Source: Minisyncoccota bacterium (GTDB lineage Bacteria > Patescibacteriota > Minisyncoccia > Phycocordibacterales > Phycocordibacteraceae). From it: DNA of 64,000 nt. The position numbers and the translations under genes were made by a program. The notes below the pieces were generated by a model, which saw only the letters and a program-made list of their open reading frames with translations, was not told the DNA's origin and ran no database searches. Below are positions 27,422 through 37,535 of this stretch, in pieces; position 1 is the first letter of the stretch; every line of letters begins with the position of its first letter. The DNA lies in the NCBI GenBank assembly GCA_028695415.1, contig JAQVIY010000003.1:47132-111131 (forward strand), written 5' to 3'.

Positions 27422-29218
27422 ATGGAAATCAGAAATATCGCCATTATCGCCCACGTTGACCACGGCAAGACCGCGCTCACTGACGCTATCCTGAAGCAGA
27501 CGGGTGCAGTCGCTGAGGGCACCTCGATGGACTCCAACGCGCTCGAGCGCGAGCGCGGCATCACTATTTACGCCAAGAACGCAGCGGTAGAGTACAAGGG
27601 CACCAAGATAAATATCGTGGACACGCCCGGGCACGCCGACTTCGGCTCTGAAGTTGAGCGCGTACTGCGCTCCATCGACTCGGTCTTGCTCGTCGTGGAC
27701 GCACAAGAAGGACCGATGCCGCAGACGCGCTTCGTCTTGAAGAAATCGCTCGATTTGGGGCTCAAGCCGATTGTTGTCCTCAATAAGATAGACAAGCCGG
27801 CCGCTGACCCGGCGCGCGCGCACGATCAGGTACTCGAGCTCTTCATGGAGCTCGGGGCATCAGACGAGCAATGCGATTTCCCCGTGGTATATGCGATTGG
27901 CCGCGATGGCCGCGCGTCTCTTAGTCCTGACGACCTCTTGATGGGCGCCGAGAAAGACCTCTCACCAGTTCTCGACCTTATCCTCGAGAAAGTTGCACCG
28001 GCAAATGCGAATGCGTCTGCGGATGCCCCGCTTATGCTCCAACCGTTCAATCTCGCCTATGACAACTTCATGGGCCGACTCGCGGTCGGTCGCATCTACC
28101 AGGGTACGGTGAAGCCTAATCAGACGGTATTCATCAAGAAGCCGGATGGCGAGATACGCACCGGACGCACGACCAAGGTATTCACCTTCAAGGGGTTGGA
28201 TCGTGTTGAAGCAATCGAGGCGTCAGCCGGAGATATCGCGCTTATCGCCGGCCTGCCTGACATCTATATCGGAGAGACGGTAACGACCAATGAAGCTGCA
28301 GGGCCGCTGCCGGCTATCGCGGTCGACGAGCCGACCATCTCGCTCAACTTCCTCGTCAATAATTCGCCCTTCGCCGGTAAGGAGGGGAAATTCGTCACGA
28401 GCCGCCAGATACGCGATCGGCTCGAGAAAGAGCTCGAGGTGAACGTCGGACTCAAGGTAGATTTCAGCAGTTCTGAATCTTTCAAAGTGTCGGGTCGCGG
28501 CGAGCTCCACATCGCGGTTCTGCTTGAGAATATGCGCCGCGAAGGGTACGAGATGCAAGTCTCTCAGCCGCAGGTCATCACGCGCGAGGAGAACGGCGTG
28601 AAGCTCGAACCGTTCGAAGAGGTTATTATCGATACGCCATCTGAGTTCCAGGGCGCTATCATCGAGAAATTGGGGACACGCGCATTTGTGCTTCAGAACC
28701 TCGTACAGCAGGAGAATACGGTACGCCTCACCCTGCTTGGTCCTACGCGCGGGCTTCTCGGCTACAAGAATATTTTTGTCGTGGATACGAAGGGCGAGGG
28801 TATTCTTTCCTCGCGCTTCGTCGGCTTCAAGCCGTATGCGGGCGAGATACGCCGCCGAATCGTAGGCTCGATGATTTCGATGGCGACCGGCAAGGCGCTC
28901 GGCTACTCGCTCTGGTACCTCCAGGACCGCGGTCAGCTCTACATCAAGCCGGCGACGGAAGTGTATGAGGGTATGGTGATCGGCAATACCTCTAAGGGCG
29001 AAGAGATGATGGCAAATCCGACCAAGGGCAAGGCTCAGTCGAACGTCCGCTCTTCTGGTATGGATGAGGCGCTTACGCTCGTGCCGATATTTGACCTCTC
29101 CATCGAGCGCGGCATGGAAATAATGACCGATGACGAGTATTTGGAGATTACGCCGAAGTCAGTTCGATTGAGGAAACAGTATCTGACTGAAAATGACCGG
29201 GCAAAGGCTCGGCGGTAA
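27422..29218 (+). CDS. typA: Translational GTPase TypA/BipA
   Basis: [41 protein letters not shown]. Confidence 0.97.
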   Translation: MEIRNIAIIAHVDHGKTALTDAILKQTGAVAEGTSMDSNALERERGITIYAKNAAVEYKGTKINIVDTPGHADFGSEVERVLRSIDSVLLVVDAQEGPMPQTRFVLKKSLDLGLKPIVVLNKIDKPAADPARAHDQVLELFMELGASDEQCDFPVVYAIGRDGRASLSPDDLLMGAEKDLSPVLDLILEKVAPANANASADAPLMLQPFNLAYDNFMGRLAVGRIYQGTVKPNQTVFIKKPDGEIRTGRTTKVFTFKGLDRVEAIEASAGDIALIAGLPDIYIGETVTTNEAAGPLPAIAVDEPTISLNFLVNNSPFAGKEGKFVTSRQIRDRLEKELEVNVGLKVDFSSSESFKVSGRGELHIAVLLENMRREGYEMQVSQPQVITREENGVKLEPFEEVIIDTPSEFQGAIIEKLGTRAFVLQNLVQQENTVRLTLLGPTRGLLGYKNIFVVDTKGEGILSSRFVGFKPYAGEIRRRIVGSMISMATGKALGYSLWYLQDRGQLYIKPATEVYEGMVIGNTSKGEEMMANPTKGKAQSNVRSSGMDEALTLVPIFDLSIERGMEIMTDDEYLEITPKSVRLRKQYLTENDRAKARR

Positions 29219-29231
29219 AGCCGGAGCGCAA

Positions 29232-29262
29232 GCCCCGTTAGAAATCTGATTTCTAACGGGGC
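29232..29262. repeat. 31-bp perfect palindrome (miniature insertion element)
   Basis: GCCCCGTTAGAAATC-T-GATTTCTAACGGGGC, with GCAA repeated on either side. Confidence 0.75.
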
Positions 29263-29307
29263 AAACAATATCTCACTGAAAACGACCGCGCCAAAGCCCG
29301 AAGATAA
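29263..29307 (+). pseudogene. Displaced duplicate of the typA 3' end
   Basis: Encodes [14 protein letters not shown], identical to the TypA C-terminus but with synonymous codons. Confidence 0.85.
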
Positions 29308-29358
29308 GAGAACGTCCGCCTCTGGCGGATTTTCTTTTTTGGGGTACAGTGCGGGCAT

Positions 29359-30474
29359 ATGGCATCTGCACACGAGCTCGTCGTCGACCTCCTCAAGAAA
29401 GCCGACATAACCGTCGGCGGGGATAGGCCGCAGGATATCACGGTCTATGACGAGCGACTCTACAATCGCGTTATCCGCTACGGCACAGTCGGCCTCGGCG
29501 AGGCGTATATGGACGGCTGGTGGGATGCAAATTCTCTCGACACTTTTATCGCTACGGTACTTCAGGCGCATTTGGAGAAGGTGATTGAGATAAATCTCGC
29601 ATCGGTCATCGCCATCGCCAAATCTTTTATATTCAACCAGCAGTCAGGCAAGAATGCGTTTACCGTAGGCGAGGTGCACTACGACCTCGGCAACGACCTG
29701 TACGAAGCGATGCTCGATACGCGCATGGTGTACACCTGCGGGTACTGGGCGAAGGCGAAGACGCTCGATAAGGCACAGGAGGCGAAGCTCGATCTTGTAT
29801 GCCGGAAGATAGGACTCAAAAAAGGCGATAGGATTCTCGATATCGGGTGCGGATGGGGAAGTTTCGCAAAATTTGCAGCAGAGAAATATGGCGCAGAAGT
29901 TGTGGGCATCACCGTGTCGAAAGAGCAGGCGACGCTTGCTCGCGAGCGATGCAAAGGGCTCTCGGTCGAGATACGCGTACAAGACTATCGCGAGATGCAC
30001 GAGGAGTTTGATCACATCGTCTCTTTGGGAATGTTCGAGCATGTCGGCCCGAAGAATTATCGTGATTACTTCGAGGTCGCGCGTCGTTGTCTCAAGGATG
30101 ACGGGCTCTTCCTCCTCCACACCATTGGCGACAATGTCTCACGCACTACGAGCGACCCGTGGATAACCAAATACATTTTCCCCGGCGGGGTTATTCCCTC
30201 AGCGGCGCAGATAGGGAAGACGAGCGAAGGGCTCTTCGTGATAGAAGATTGGCACAACTTCGGCCCCGATTACGATAAAACGCTCATGGCGTGGGCGGCA
30301 AACTTTGATGCCGCCTGGCCGAAGTTGCGTGAGAAGTACGGCGATAGGTTTTATAGAATGTGGAAATATTATCTACTCGCTTGCGCAGGAGCTTTTCGTG
30401 CTCGACAGACCCATCTATGGCAGATAGTGCTTTCCAAAAACGGCGTGCCAGGCGGCTATACCAGTGTACGTTAG
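29359..30474 (+). CDS. cfa: Cyclopropane-fatty-acyl-phospholipid synthase
   Basis: GLGEAYMDGWWD, HYDLGNDLY, LDIGCGWG, GMFEHVG, KYIFPGG. Confidence 0.93.
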   Translation: MASAHELVVDLLKKADITVGGDRPQDITVYDERLYNRVIRYGTVGLGEAYMDGWWDANSLDTFIATVLQAHLEKVIEINLASVIAIAKSFIFNQQSGKNAFTVGEVHYDLGNDLYEAMLDTRMVYTCGYWAKAKTLDKAQEAKLDLVCRKIGLKKGDRILDIGCGWGSFAKFAAEKYGAEVVGITVSKEQATLARERCKGLSVEIRVQDYREMHEEFDHIVSLGMFEHVGPKNYRDYFEVARRCLKDDGLFLLHTIGDNVSRTTSDPWITKYIFPGGVIPSAAQIGKTSEGLFVIEDWHNFGPDYDKTLMAWAANFDAAWPKLREKYGDRFYRMWKYYLLACAGAFRARQTHLWQIVLSKNGVPGGYTSVR

Positions 30475-30563
30475 CAACACACACTGATGTTCAGTGTTGT
30501 GCATCGCCTTTGAATCGCGAGCGGGGAAGTGGACGCACGAGGGTAGCGTAGTACACTTTGGGT

Positions 30564-31007
30564 ATGATTCTCGTCGAATATAAGAAGGCCCTCCTGAAAT
30601 TCGCGCTCGTCGAGACGTTTTCGGCCGGGCTTGAGCTCTTGGGAAGCGAAGTAAAAGCACTCCGGAATAAACTAGGGAGCCTTGATGGCGCGCGCGTCGT
30701 GGTGCGCGGCGGCGAGGCGTTTGTCGTGGGTATGACGATACCGCCGTATCAAGTGGCGAATACGTCGAAGACCTACGACCCTGAGCGCGCACGCCGTCTC
30801 CTGCTTACGAAAAAAGAACTCACAACACTTCTCACTGAGGAAGCGAAGAAAGGGTTGACAATAATACCGCTTGAGGTGTATTCTACAGGCAGGCTCGTGA
30901 AAGCGCGCATCGCTATCGTCCGCGGCAAAGGCAAAGCCGACCGCCGCGAAGATTTGAAGAAGCGCGATGCCTCGCGCGAAACAGCGCGAGTTCTAAAGAA
31001 TCGGTAG
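30564..31007 (+). CDS. smpB: SsrA-binding protein
   Basis: AGLELLGSEVKALR, RRLLLTKKE, GKGKADRRE; adjacent to tmRNA. Confidence 0.93.
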   Translation: MILVEYKKALLKFALVETFSAGLELLGSEVKALRNKLGSLDGARVVVRGGEAFVVGMTIPPYQVANTSKTYDPERARRLLLTKKELTTLLTEEAKKGLTIIPLEVYSTGRLVKARIAIVRGKGKADRREDLKKRDASRETARVLKNR

Positions 31008-31042
31008 TCCCGAAAAGTTCAGAATGCAGTTCTTGATTTCTC

Positions 31043-31450
31043 GGGGGTGACCGGCTTTGACGGTCTGTACTTTGAAAGACGTGCGACGCAGTGCACTCTC
31101 GCCTACCACTCTAATCTAGCGAGAAAACATACTTGCAAAGAACACTCTAGCAAGCGTGAAGTCCCCGTACTTCGGTATGAAGGACTTTGCGTTCGCCTAC
31201 GCGGCAGCCTAACGGCTCCTCGCCTATGCGACGTCTGACCTTTCCGGTTCTCCAGGGGAAGTCTCGGGCGGAATCATCTGGAGCATCGATACCCGGTCTC
31301 CCGCCCGGTGCATCTAAATAAGGGATCGGGCAGGAATGGTTTTGTCGACGTTCCTCGCATCCTGCCGTAGACTCTAACGTCGACTATGCGTCGTAGACTC
31401 GCTTTCATAGCCAGGCTCGGACTCGGGTTCGATTCCCGACATCTCCACCA
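31043..31450 (+). ncRNA. ssrA: tmRNA
   Basis: GGGGGTG..TTTGAC 5' end, GGTTCGATTCCC..CATCTCCACCA 3' end, tag ORF 31135-31212 ending YAAA*. Confidence 0.93.
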
Positions 31451-31508
31451 TTTTGCAAAAAGCTTCCTCGCGGGAGCTTTTTGCGTCAGAGTGAGATATA
31501 GTACTTCG

Positions 31509-33440
31509 ATGGCAGCTGCATCTCCTAAGAAGCCGAAAGGGAAGAAGCACGTAGCGCCGAAGGCGCGGGGCTGGCGTGCGCTCCTTGGCGGCCCTTCCTT
31601 CTTCAGTAATCTCATCAGCACGATACTCATATTCCTGATTCTCATGAGCCTATACTCGCTCGTCGAGAGTATGGTGAAGCCGGCAAACGACGTTCCGCTC
31701 TCGGCTGTCGCGTCTGATGTCGCTCTTGGGAAAATAAGCTCGATCTCGGTCAACGGCGATTCGCTCGATCTCACCTATGCCGATGGAACTGCGAAGGTCT
31801 CGCGTAAGGATCCTTCGGCCGGACTCCCCGAGACCTTGGCGACCTATGGCGTTACGCCTGTCGAGCTCAGTAAGGTTGCGATAACGATACAGGGGCAATC
31901 AGGATTCCAGTTCTGGTTTATGACACTCGCGCCGATACTTCTCCCGTTCCTCTTCCTCGTGCTCCTCTTCTGGTTCCTCTCACGACAAGTGAAGGGTGCG
32001 GGGATGCAGGCGTTTAGCTTCGGCCAATCAAAGGCGCGCGTGATTGATCCAGCTGATTCTTCGCAGCGCGTTACCTTCGCCGATATCGCCGGCGCCCGCG
32101 AAGCGAAGGAGGAGCTTATGGAAATAGTCGACTTCCTCAAAAGTCCGAAGAAGTTCCTCGATATCGGTGCGCGTATACCGAAGGGCATCATCCTGATGGG
32201 CGCGCCCGGTACCGGTAAGACCTTGCTCGCTCGCGCGGTCGCGGGCGAGGCGGGCGTACCTTTCTTCTCTATCTCGGGCAGCGAGTTCGTCGAGATGTTC
32301 GTCGGCGTCGGCGCAAGCCGCGTCCGCGACCTCTTCCAACTCGCGAAGAAGGCTGCGCCCGCGATCATCTTCGTCGACGAGATAGATGCGGTAGGGCGGG
32401 TGCGCGGCACTGGCGTGGGCGGCGGGAACGACGAGCGCGAGCAGACGCTCAATCAGATACTCGTCGAGATGGACGGCTTCGAACCGACCGAGAAAGTGAT
32501 TGTGATGGCGGCGACCAATCGTCCCGACGTGCTCGACCCCGCCTTACTACGCCCCGGGCGCTTTGATCGGCGCGTCACCATCGACCTGCCTGATAGGCGC
32601 GACCGCGAAGAGATATTGAAGATTCACGCGCGCCAGAAGCCGCTCGGTCCCGACGTCGTCCTCTCGGTCATCGCCGAGCGTACGCCGGGCTTCTCGGGCG
32701 CCGAACTCTACTCGCTTATGAACGAGGGCGCGATACTCGCCGCGCGCGAGAACAGGAAAGAAGTCACCCAATACGATTTGATACGCTCCATAGAAAAAGT
32801 GATGCTCGGCCCTGAACGGAAGAGCCACCTGCTCGGAAAGCGCGAGAAGGAACTTACGGCATATCACGAAGCCGGACACGCGCTCGTCTCGTCGATATTG
32901 GAGTACGCCGACCCGGTGCACAAGATATCGGTCATCAGCCGCGGACACGCAGCGGGCTACACGCTCAAGCTTCCGTTCGACGATAAGAAGATGCAGTCAA
33001 AGAAACAGTTTCTCGACGATATCGCAGCGACCTTGGGCGGCTATGTCGCCGAGGAACTCATTCTTGACGATGTGACGACGGGGCCCTCGAACGATCTGAT
33101 GGTCATCACCGCGCTCGCGCGCGATATGGTCTCGCGCTACGGCATGAGCGATAAGCTCGGACCGATTGCGTTTGGCGAACGACAGCTCGGGAACGAACCG
33201 TACTCTGAACATGTCGCGATGCAGATAGATGCCGAAGTCTCGCGCATCATCGAGGAGGCGAAGGTGCGTGCGAAGAAGGTCATTACCGAGCATCGCGCCG
33301 CTCTCGATGCTATCGCGAGGGAGCTTATAGAAAAGGAGACCGTGGAGCGCGAAGACTTCGAGAAGATTTTGATACTGAACGGCATCACGCCGAAGAAGAA
33401 AGAGGAGGAAGGGCACACGATCGCGCCCGTGGCACTCTAA
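31509..33440 (+). CDS. ftsH: ATP-dependent zinc metalloprotease FtsH
   Basis: Two TM segments, [20 protein letters not shown]. Confidence 0.97.
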   Translation: MAAASPKKPKGKKHVAPKARGWRALLGGPSFFSNLISTILIFLILMSLYSLVESMVKPANDVPLSAVASDVALGKISSISVNGDSLDLTYADGTAKVSRKDPSAGLPETLATYGVTPVELSKVAITIQGQSGFQFWFMTLAPILLPFLFLVLLFWFLSRQVKGAGMQAFSFGQSKARVIDPADSSQRVTFADIAGAREAKEELMEIVDFLKSPKKFLDIGARIPKGIILMGAPGTGKTLLARAVAGEAGVPFFSISGSEFVEMFVGVGASRVRDLFQLAKKAAPAIIFVDEIDAVGRVRGTGVGGGNDEREQTLNQILVEMDGFEPTEKVIVMAATNRPDVLDPALLRPGRFDRRVTIDLPDRRDREEILKIHARQKPLGPDVVLSVIAERTPGFSGAELYSLMNEGAILAARENRKEVTQYDLIRSIEKVMLGPERKSHLLGKREKELTAYHEAGHALVSSILEYADPVHKISVISRGHAAGYTLKLPFDDKKMQSKKQFLDDIAATLGGYVAEELILDDVTTGPSNDLMVITALARDMVSRYGMSDKLGPIAFGERQLGNEPYSEHVAMQIDAEVSRIIEEAKVRAKKVITEHRAALDAIARELIEKETVEREDFEKILILNGITPKKKEEEGHTIAPVAL

Positions 33441-33448
33441 GCGGAAAT

Positions 33449-33479
33449 CAAAACCCCCGGCGCAGAGACCGGGGGTTTC
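33449..33479. terminator. Probable bidirectional terminator
   Basis: AAACCCCCGG...CCGGGGGTTT between convergent genes. Confidence 0.7.
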
Positions 33480-33497
33480 ATCAGTTGGCGGAGACGT

Positions 33498-33821
33498 TTA
33501 GGCCTTGTCAACCATGGCGAGATGCGGTGGTGCCTTCGGGTCGAAGCACACGTCGTACTGGGGGCCCGGGTTGAAGACATCGAGGTCGTATCTGATCTTC
33601 CGGCACGATTTCAGCCGGACGGGTGTTCTTAATGCAGGAACGGGTTTGCCGTCGTTATCGACGATGATCGCGCCGCGTTGCATGGCATGTCCGACTTCGG
33701 CCAGGGACGTCTTGGTAATCGTCCCGATTTTCTTCCCCTTGACCGGCACCCGCATCAGGACGAGCTGACCTCCTTCAACGGTAAAACTTTTGGCGAATAC
33801 TATCCCAATTCTTGCTGGCAT
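33498..33821 (-). CDS. Hypothetical protein
   Basis: AAAGGAG SD before ATG, 107-aa ORF, terminator downstream. Confidence 0.55.
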   Translation of the reverse strand: MPARIGIVFAKSFTVEGGQLVLMRVPVKGKKIGTITKTSLAEVGHAMQRGAIIVDNDGKPVPALRTPVRLKSCRKIRYDLDVFNPGPQYDVCFDPKAPPHLAMVDKA

Positions 33822-33917
33822 CTCGCGTCTCCTTTTCTGTGGTTGGGCAACGAACAAAAGCAGACTGCATTCTACCATTATGCGTCTATGGATTCAATGG
33901 TGTAATATGACCAGTAT

Positions 33918-33993
33918 CCGCCCTTAGCTCAGTTGGTAGAGCACTCCGCTTATACCGGATCGGTCCTTGGTTCGAGTCCAAGAGGGCGGACCA
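33918..33993 (+). tRNA. tRNA-Ile(TAT)
   Basis: CCGCCCT/AGGGCGG acceptor stem, loop CT-TAT-AC, discriminator A, encoded CCA. Confidence 0.9.
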
Positions 33994-33994
33994 G

Positions 33995-36181
33995 TCATTC
34001 CAGATGCATCTTCTTGTCGGCAGCGTGGGCGCGCGCGACGAGTGCAGGGTGACTTCGCAAATCAAGATCGCTTGCGACGAGCGAGGCGGCTTCGGTGCGT
34101 GCGGCCTCAACGAGTTTTATATTCTTCAGCGCTTCCATCGCGACGTCGGAGACGCCCCACTGACGACCACCCGCGAGCTCGCCTGCGCCGCGGAGCGTGA
34201 GGTCGTATTCAGCGAGCTCGAAACCGTTTCTCGCGGTGGTAAATGCTTTCATACGCTCTCGTGTCGCTTCACCAAAGGTTTCCGGTAGCGCAAAACAATA
34301 TGATTGGTGGGTAGAGCGTATGACGCGACCGCGCAGCTGGTGAAGCTGGGCGAGACCGAAGCGCTCGGCGCCCTCGATAAGTATGATGGTCGCATTCTGT
34401 ACATTCACCCCCACCTCCACTACTGAGGTAGCGACGAGGATATCTATCTCATCATTTTCAAATCGCTTCATCACCTCCTCTTTTTCTGCCGGGCGCATCT
34501 TGCTGTGGAGGATGCCGATCGTCGCGCGCGGGAACACATCCTTCTGGAGCCGCACTGCTTCGGCTTTGACCGACTTGGCCTGGAGGGCGAGCTCCTTCTG
34601 CGGATCGGGCTCGTCGATGCGCGGACAGATAATGTACGCCTGGCGGCCCTTTGCGAGCTCTTCGTGCACTTGCGCGTACGCCTCGTCGCGTTTCTCGGGG
34701 CCGAGCACTTGCGTGATGACCGGCTTCCGGCCGACAGGCATCTGATCAAGTACGGTGAGGTCGAGGTCGCCGTAGAGGGTGAGGGCGAGCGTACGCGGGA
34801 TAGGAGTCGCTGTCATCGAGAGGAGGTGGGGTTTTGTCGTGCCCTTGGTCGCGAGCTTCTGTCGGTGCATCGTGCCGAAGCGGTGCTGTTCGTCGATGAT
34901 GGCATAGGCGAGATGCTTGAACACGAGCGACTTCTCGATAAGTGCGTGCGTGCCGATGACGATCGGGATGAGACCATCGGCAACACGCTTCCGGAAGGTT
35001 GCCTTCGAGAGCTTCGCAGATTCCTCATAGCGCACGCGGGAGGGGAAGACACGGCACTCGCTTCCCGTGATGAGGCCGATAGGTATAGGGTGGTCGCGGA
35101 AGTAAGACACGAAGGTTGAGAAATGCTGCTTCGCGAGGATTTCGGTCGGGCAGAGATATGCGACTTGGAGCGCGCCAGCAATCCTTCCTTTTGGTATCGA
35201 GGTTGCGACGAGGTATGCGGTCGCCGCGGCGACCGCGGTCTTGCCGCTCCCCACATCGCCTTCAAGAAGTCGGAGCATCGGGTGCGGTTTCTCAAAATCT
35301 GCGGTGATAGCCTCGATAGCCTGCATCTGTGCTTTTGTTGCGGGGAAGGGGAATGATGCTATGAAATCTTTGAGCGCTTTTCTGTCTACTGCGACAGGAA
35401 GCGCTTCTTCTCGCAAGAGCGCTCGACGGCGCTTTTGCATCACGAGCTGAAGCGCGAACACCTCTTCAAAGGCGAAACGCTTCTTTGCGGCGTCTGCGTC
35501 TGACTTTCTCTGTGGCATATGGATACATACGAGTGCCGCAGAGAGCGAGGGGAGCTTGTAGCGCGCCAGGATATCCTTGGGGATAGGATCCTCGAGCATT
35601 TCGTGCACGCGCGCCTCAAACGCTTTCCGCACCGCGTGCATAAGCCACAAGGACGATACGCCCTGACTCTCCGGATATATCGGATAGAGAGCAGCTTCCT
35701 CCGTCGACGTGCCGTGCGCGAAAAGCGAGTCGTGAATTCCCTCCGGGTCAACAGGTGACTTGTCTATGGAGGGGTTGGCGAGATACACCTTCCCCGAAGG
35801 GGCCCCATTGGGGCGCGCGCTTCCGGCGACTTTCCCGCTTACTTTCACCACCATGCCGTCGTGGAGCGACTTGGCGATGTACGGCTGAGAGAACCACATC
35901 AGCTTTATCTTTCCCGAGTTATCTTCGAGCCACGCCTCGGCGATAGGGCGGCGACTCTTCCACGTCTTCCTGATATCGGGTTTACGCACCGTGCCGTAGA
36001 GCGTCACCTCCGCTCCTGCGGTGATGCCGGCAATCGTCCCCACCGATCCGCTCGATTCATAGCGAGCGGGGAAGTGATAGAGCGCATCATGGATAGTACG
36101 TATGCCGAGTTTATGAAGCGCGCGTTTCTGATCGCTCTTCAGGCGAGGGAAATGTTTGTCGACAGGATCTTCGGGGCGCAT
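33995..36181 (-). CDS. recG: ATP-dependent DNA helicase RecG
   Basis: GDVGSGKT, DEQHRFG, MTATPIPRTL, ERFGLAQLHQLRGRV. Confidence 0.96.
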   Translation of the reverse strand: MRPEDPVDKHFPRLKSDQKRALHKLGIRTIHDALYHFPARYESSGSVGTIAGITAGAEVTLYGTVRKPDIRKTWKSRRPIAEAWLEDNSGKIKLMWFSQPYIAKSLHDGMVVKVSGKVAGSARPNGAPSGKVYLANPSIDKSPVDPEGIHDSLFAHGTSTEEAALYPIYPESQGVSSLWLMHAVRKAFEARVHEMLEDPIPKDILARYKLPSLSAALVCIHMPQRKSDADAAKKRFAFEEVFALQLVMQKRRRALLREEALPVAVDRKALKDFIASFPFPATKAQMQAIEAITADFEKPHPMLRLLEGDVGSGKTAVAAATAYLVATSIPKGRIAGALQVAYLCPTEILAKQHFSTFVSYFRDHPIPIGLITGSECRVFPSRVRYEESAKLSKATFRKRVADGLIPIVIGTHALIEKSLVFKHLAYAIIDEQHRFGTMHRQKLATKGTTKPHLLSMTATPIPRTLALTLYGDLDLTVLDQMPVGRKPVITQVLGPEKRDEAYAQVHEELAKGRQAYIICPRIDEPDPQKELALQAKSVKAEAVRLQKDVFPRATIGILHSKMRPAEKEEVMKRFENDEIDILVATSVVEVGVNVQNATIILIEGAERFGLAQLHQLRGRVIRSTHQSYCFALPETFGEATRERMKAFTTARNGFELAEYDLTLRGAGELAGGRQWGVSDVAMEALKNIKLVEAARTEAASLVASDLDLRSHPALVARAHAADKKMHLE

Positions 36182-36238
36182 ACGCACAGTATATACGGCT
36201 GCTCTCTCTCGGTGGCTCACCTTTGCTATAGTTCCGGT

Positions 36239-37519
36239 ATGAAAGATGAACTCCTCCGACTCGCGGCATATGCGGGGTGCGTAGCGTCGGCATTCGTGCT
36301 TTTCATCGCGGGCGGAGCTACGCCAGTCTTCGATGCGGTAGTGCGTACCCAGGCTGCCGCGGTGTTCTTCGTGACGAGCATCACGTCTGCGCAGATTCAG
36401 GAAACTTATCGCGCGTCCGGGAGCCAGACCTCCGCGTCTGAGGCTCTGCCAGCGAAGAAAGTCAAGATTCTTATCGTACCAGGACACGAGCCGGACACCG
36501 GTGGGACGGAATATCAGGGAGTGGTCGAGCGTGATGTTGTTGTCGATATCGCCGATGCGCTCGCGACCCTGCTCGCACAGAATCCGCACTACGAGGTGAT
36601 GGTCGCGCGGACGAAGATTGCGTGGAATCCTCTCCTACAGAATTATTTTGATACGCACATGCTCGAGATAGAGACATTCGAGCAATCTCAGAAGGCGCAG
36701 ATGACGGGATATCTGGCTGACGGAAGCATTCTCTCCGATTCTGACCAGGTGTATCACAACGCAATATCGACACCTGGAGCGTTGAAGCTCTACGGTATCA
36801 ACAAGTGGGCGAGCGACGCCGCGTATGACATCACCCTCCATCTCCATATCAACGATTATGCTGGCCGACGCTTGAGCGTGCTGAAGGCGTACAATGGCTT
36901 CGCGATGTATGTCCCCGACCACCAATACTCGAACGCCGAAGCGTCGAGAACGATAGGTGAGGCTCTTGCCGGTCGCCTGAGCGCGTATCACGCCACGAGC
37001 ACTTTACCGAAAGAAGATGCGGGTATCGTCGAAGATCAGCAACTCATCGCCATCGGCAGCAACAACAGCGCGAACGATGCGAGCCTGCTTATCGAGTACG
37101 GGTATATCCAGGAGCCGCAATTCCAGATAGCATCGGTACGCCCGCTCGCTATTGCTGATTACGCCTATCAAACCTATCTCGGCCTGCAGGATTTCTTCAA
37201 GGACCCAATCAAAGGAACACGCGGATCGGTCTCGTTTCCCTATGACTGGACGAAGCTCACGGGCGCACAAAATGAAAAAGGCCCCGGCATATATGCGCTC
37301 CAGGCGGCACTTCATCATCTCGGTTTCTATCCGCCACGAGAGAAGAATTTCAATGACTGTCCGATATCGGGCAGGGCAGGTTCCTGTACGCGCTCCGCGA
37401 TTATGCAGTATCAGCGTTCGCAGAGTCTCGAGGCGACCGGCCAGCTCGGCCCCCAGACGCGCTCAGCGCTCACGCGCGACCTCGAGGAGCTGTCCACAGA
37501 ATCGGTACGACTGAAATAG
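36239..37519 (+). CDS. N-acetylmuramoyl-L-alanine amidase with C-terminal peptidoglycan-binding domain
   Basis: ILIVPGH, ER, LHLHIN, LLIEYGYI; LQAAL..TRSAIMQYQ..ATGQLGPQTR. Confidence 0.82.
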   Translation: MKDELLRLAAYAGCVASAFVLFIAGGATPVFDAVVRTQAAAVFFVTSITSAQIQETYRASGSQTSASEALPAKKVKILIVPGHEPDTGGTEYQGVVERDVVVDIADALATLLAQNPHYEVMVARTKIAWNPLLQNYFDTHMLEIETFEQSQKAQMTGYLADGSILSDSDQVYHNAISTPGALKLYGINKWASDAAYDITLHLHINDYAGRRLSVLKAYNGFAMYVPDHQYSNAEASRTIGEALAGRLSAYHATSTLPKEDAGIVEDQQLIAIGSNNSANDASLLIEYGYIQEPQFQIASVRPLAIADYAYQTYLGLQDFFKDPIKGTRGSVSFPYDWTKLTGAQNEKGPGIYALQAALHHLGFYPPREKNFNDCPISGRAGSCTRSAIMQYQRSQSLEATGQLGPQTRSALTRDLEELSTESVRLK

Positions 37520-37535
37520 GGTACACTAGCGGTCT

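Noticed and set aside
35861-36589. Long overlapping N-terminal extensions of recG and the amidase in the ORF track
   Set aside because: Better starts at 36181 and 36239 give a normal divergent pair; similar over-extensions at ftsH, prmC and NRAMP were also trimmed
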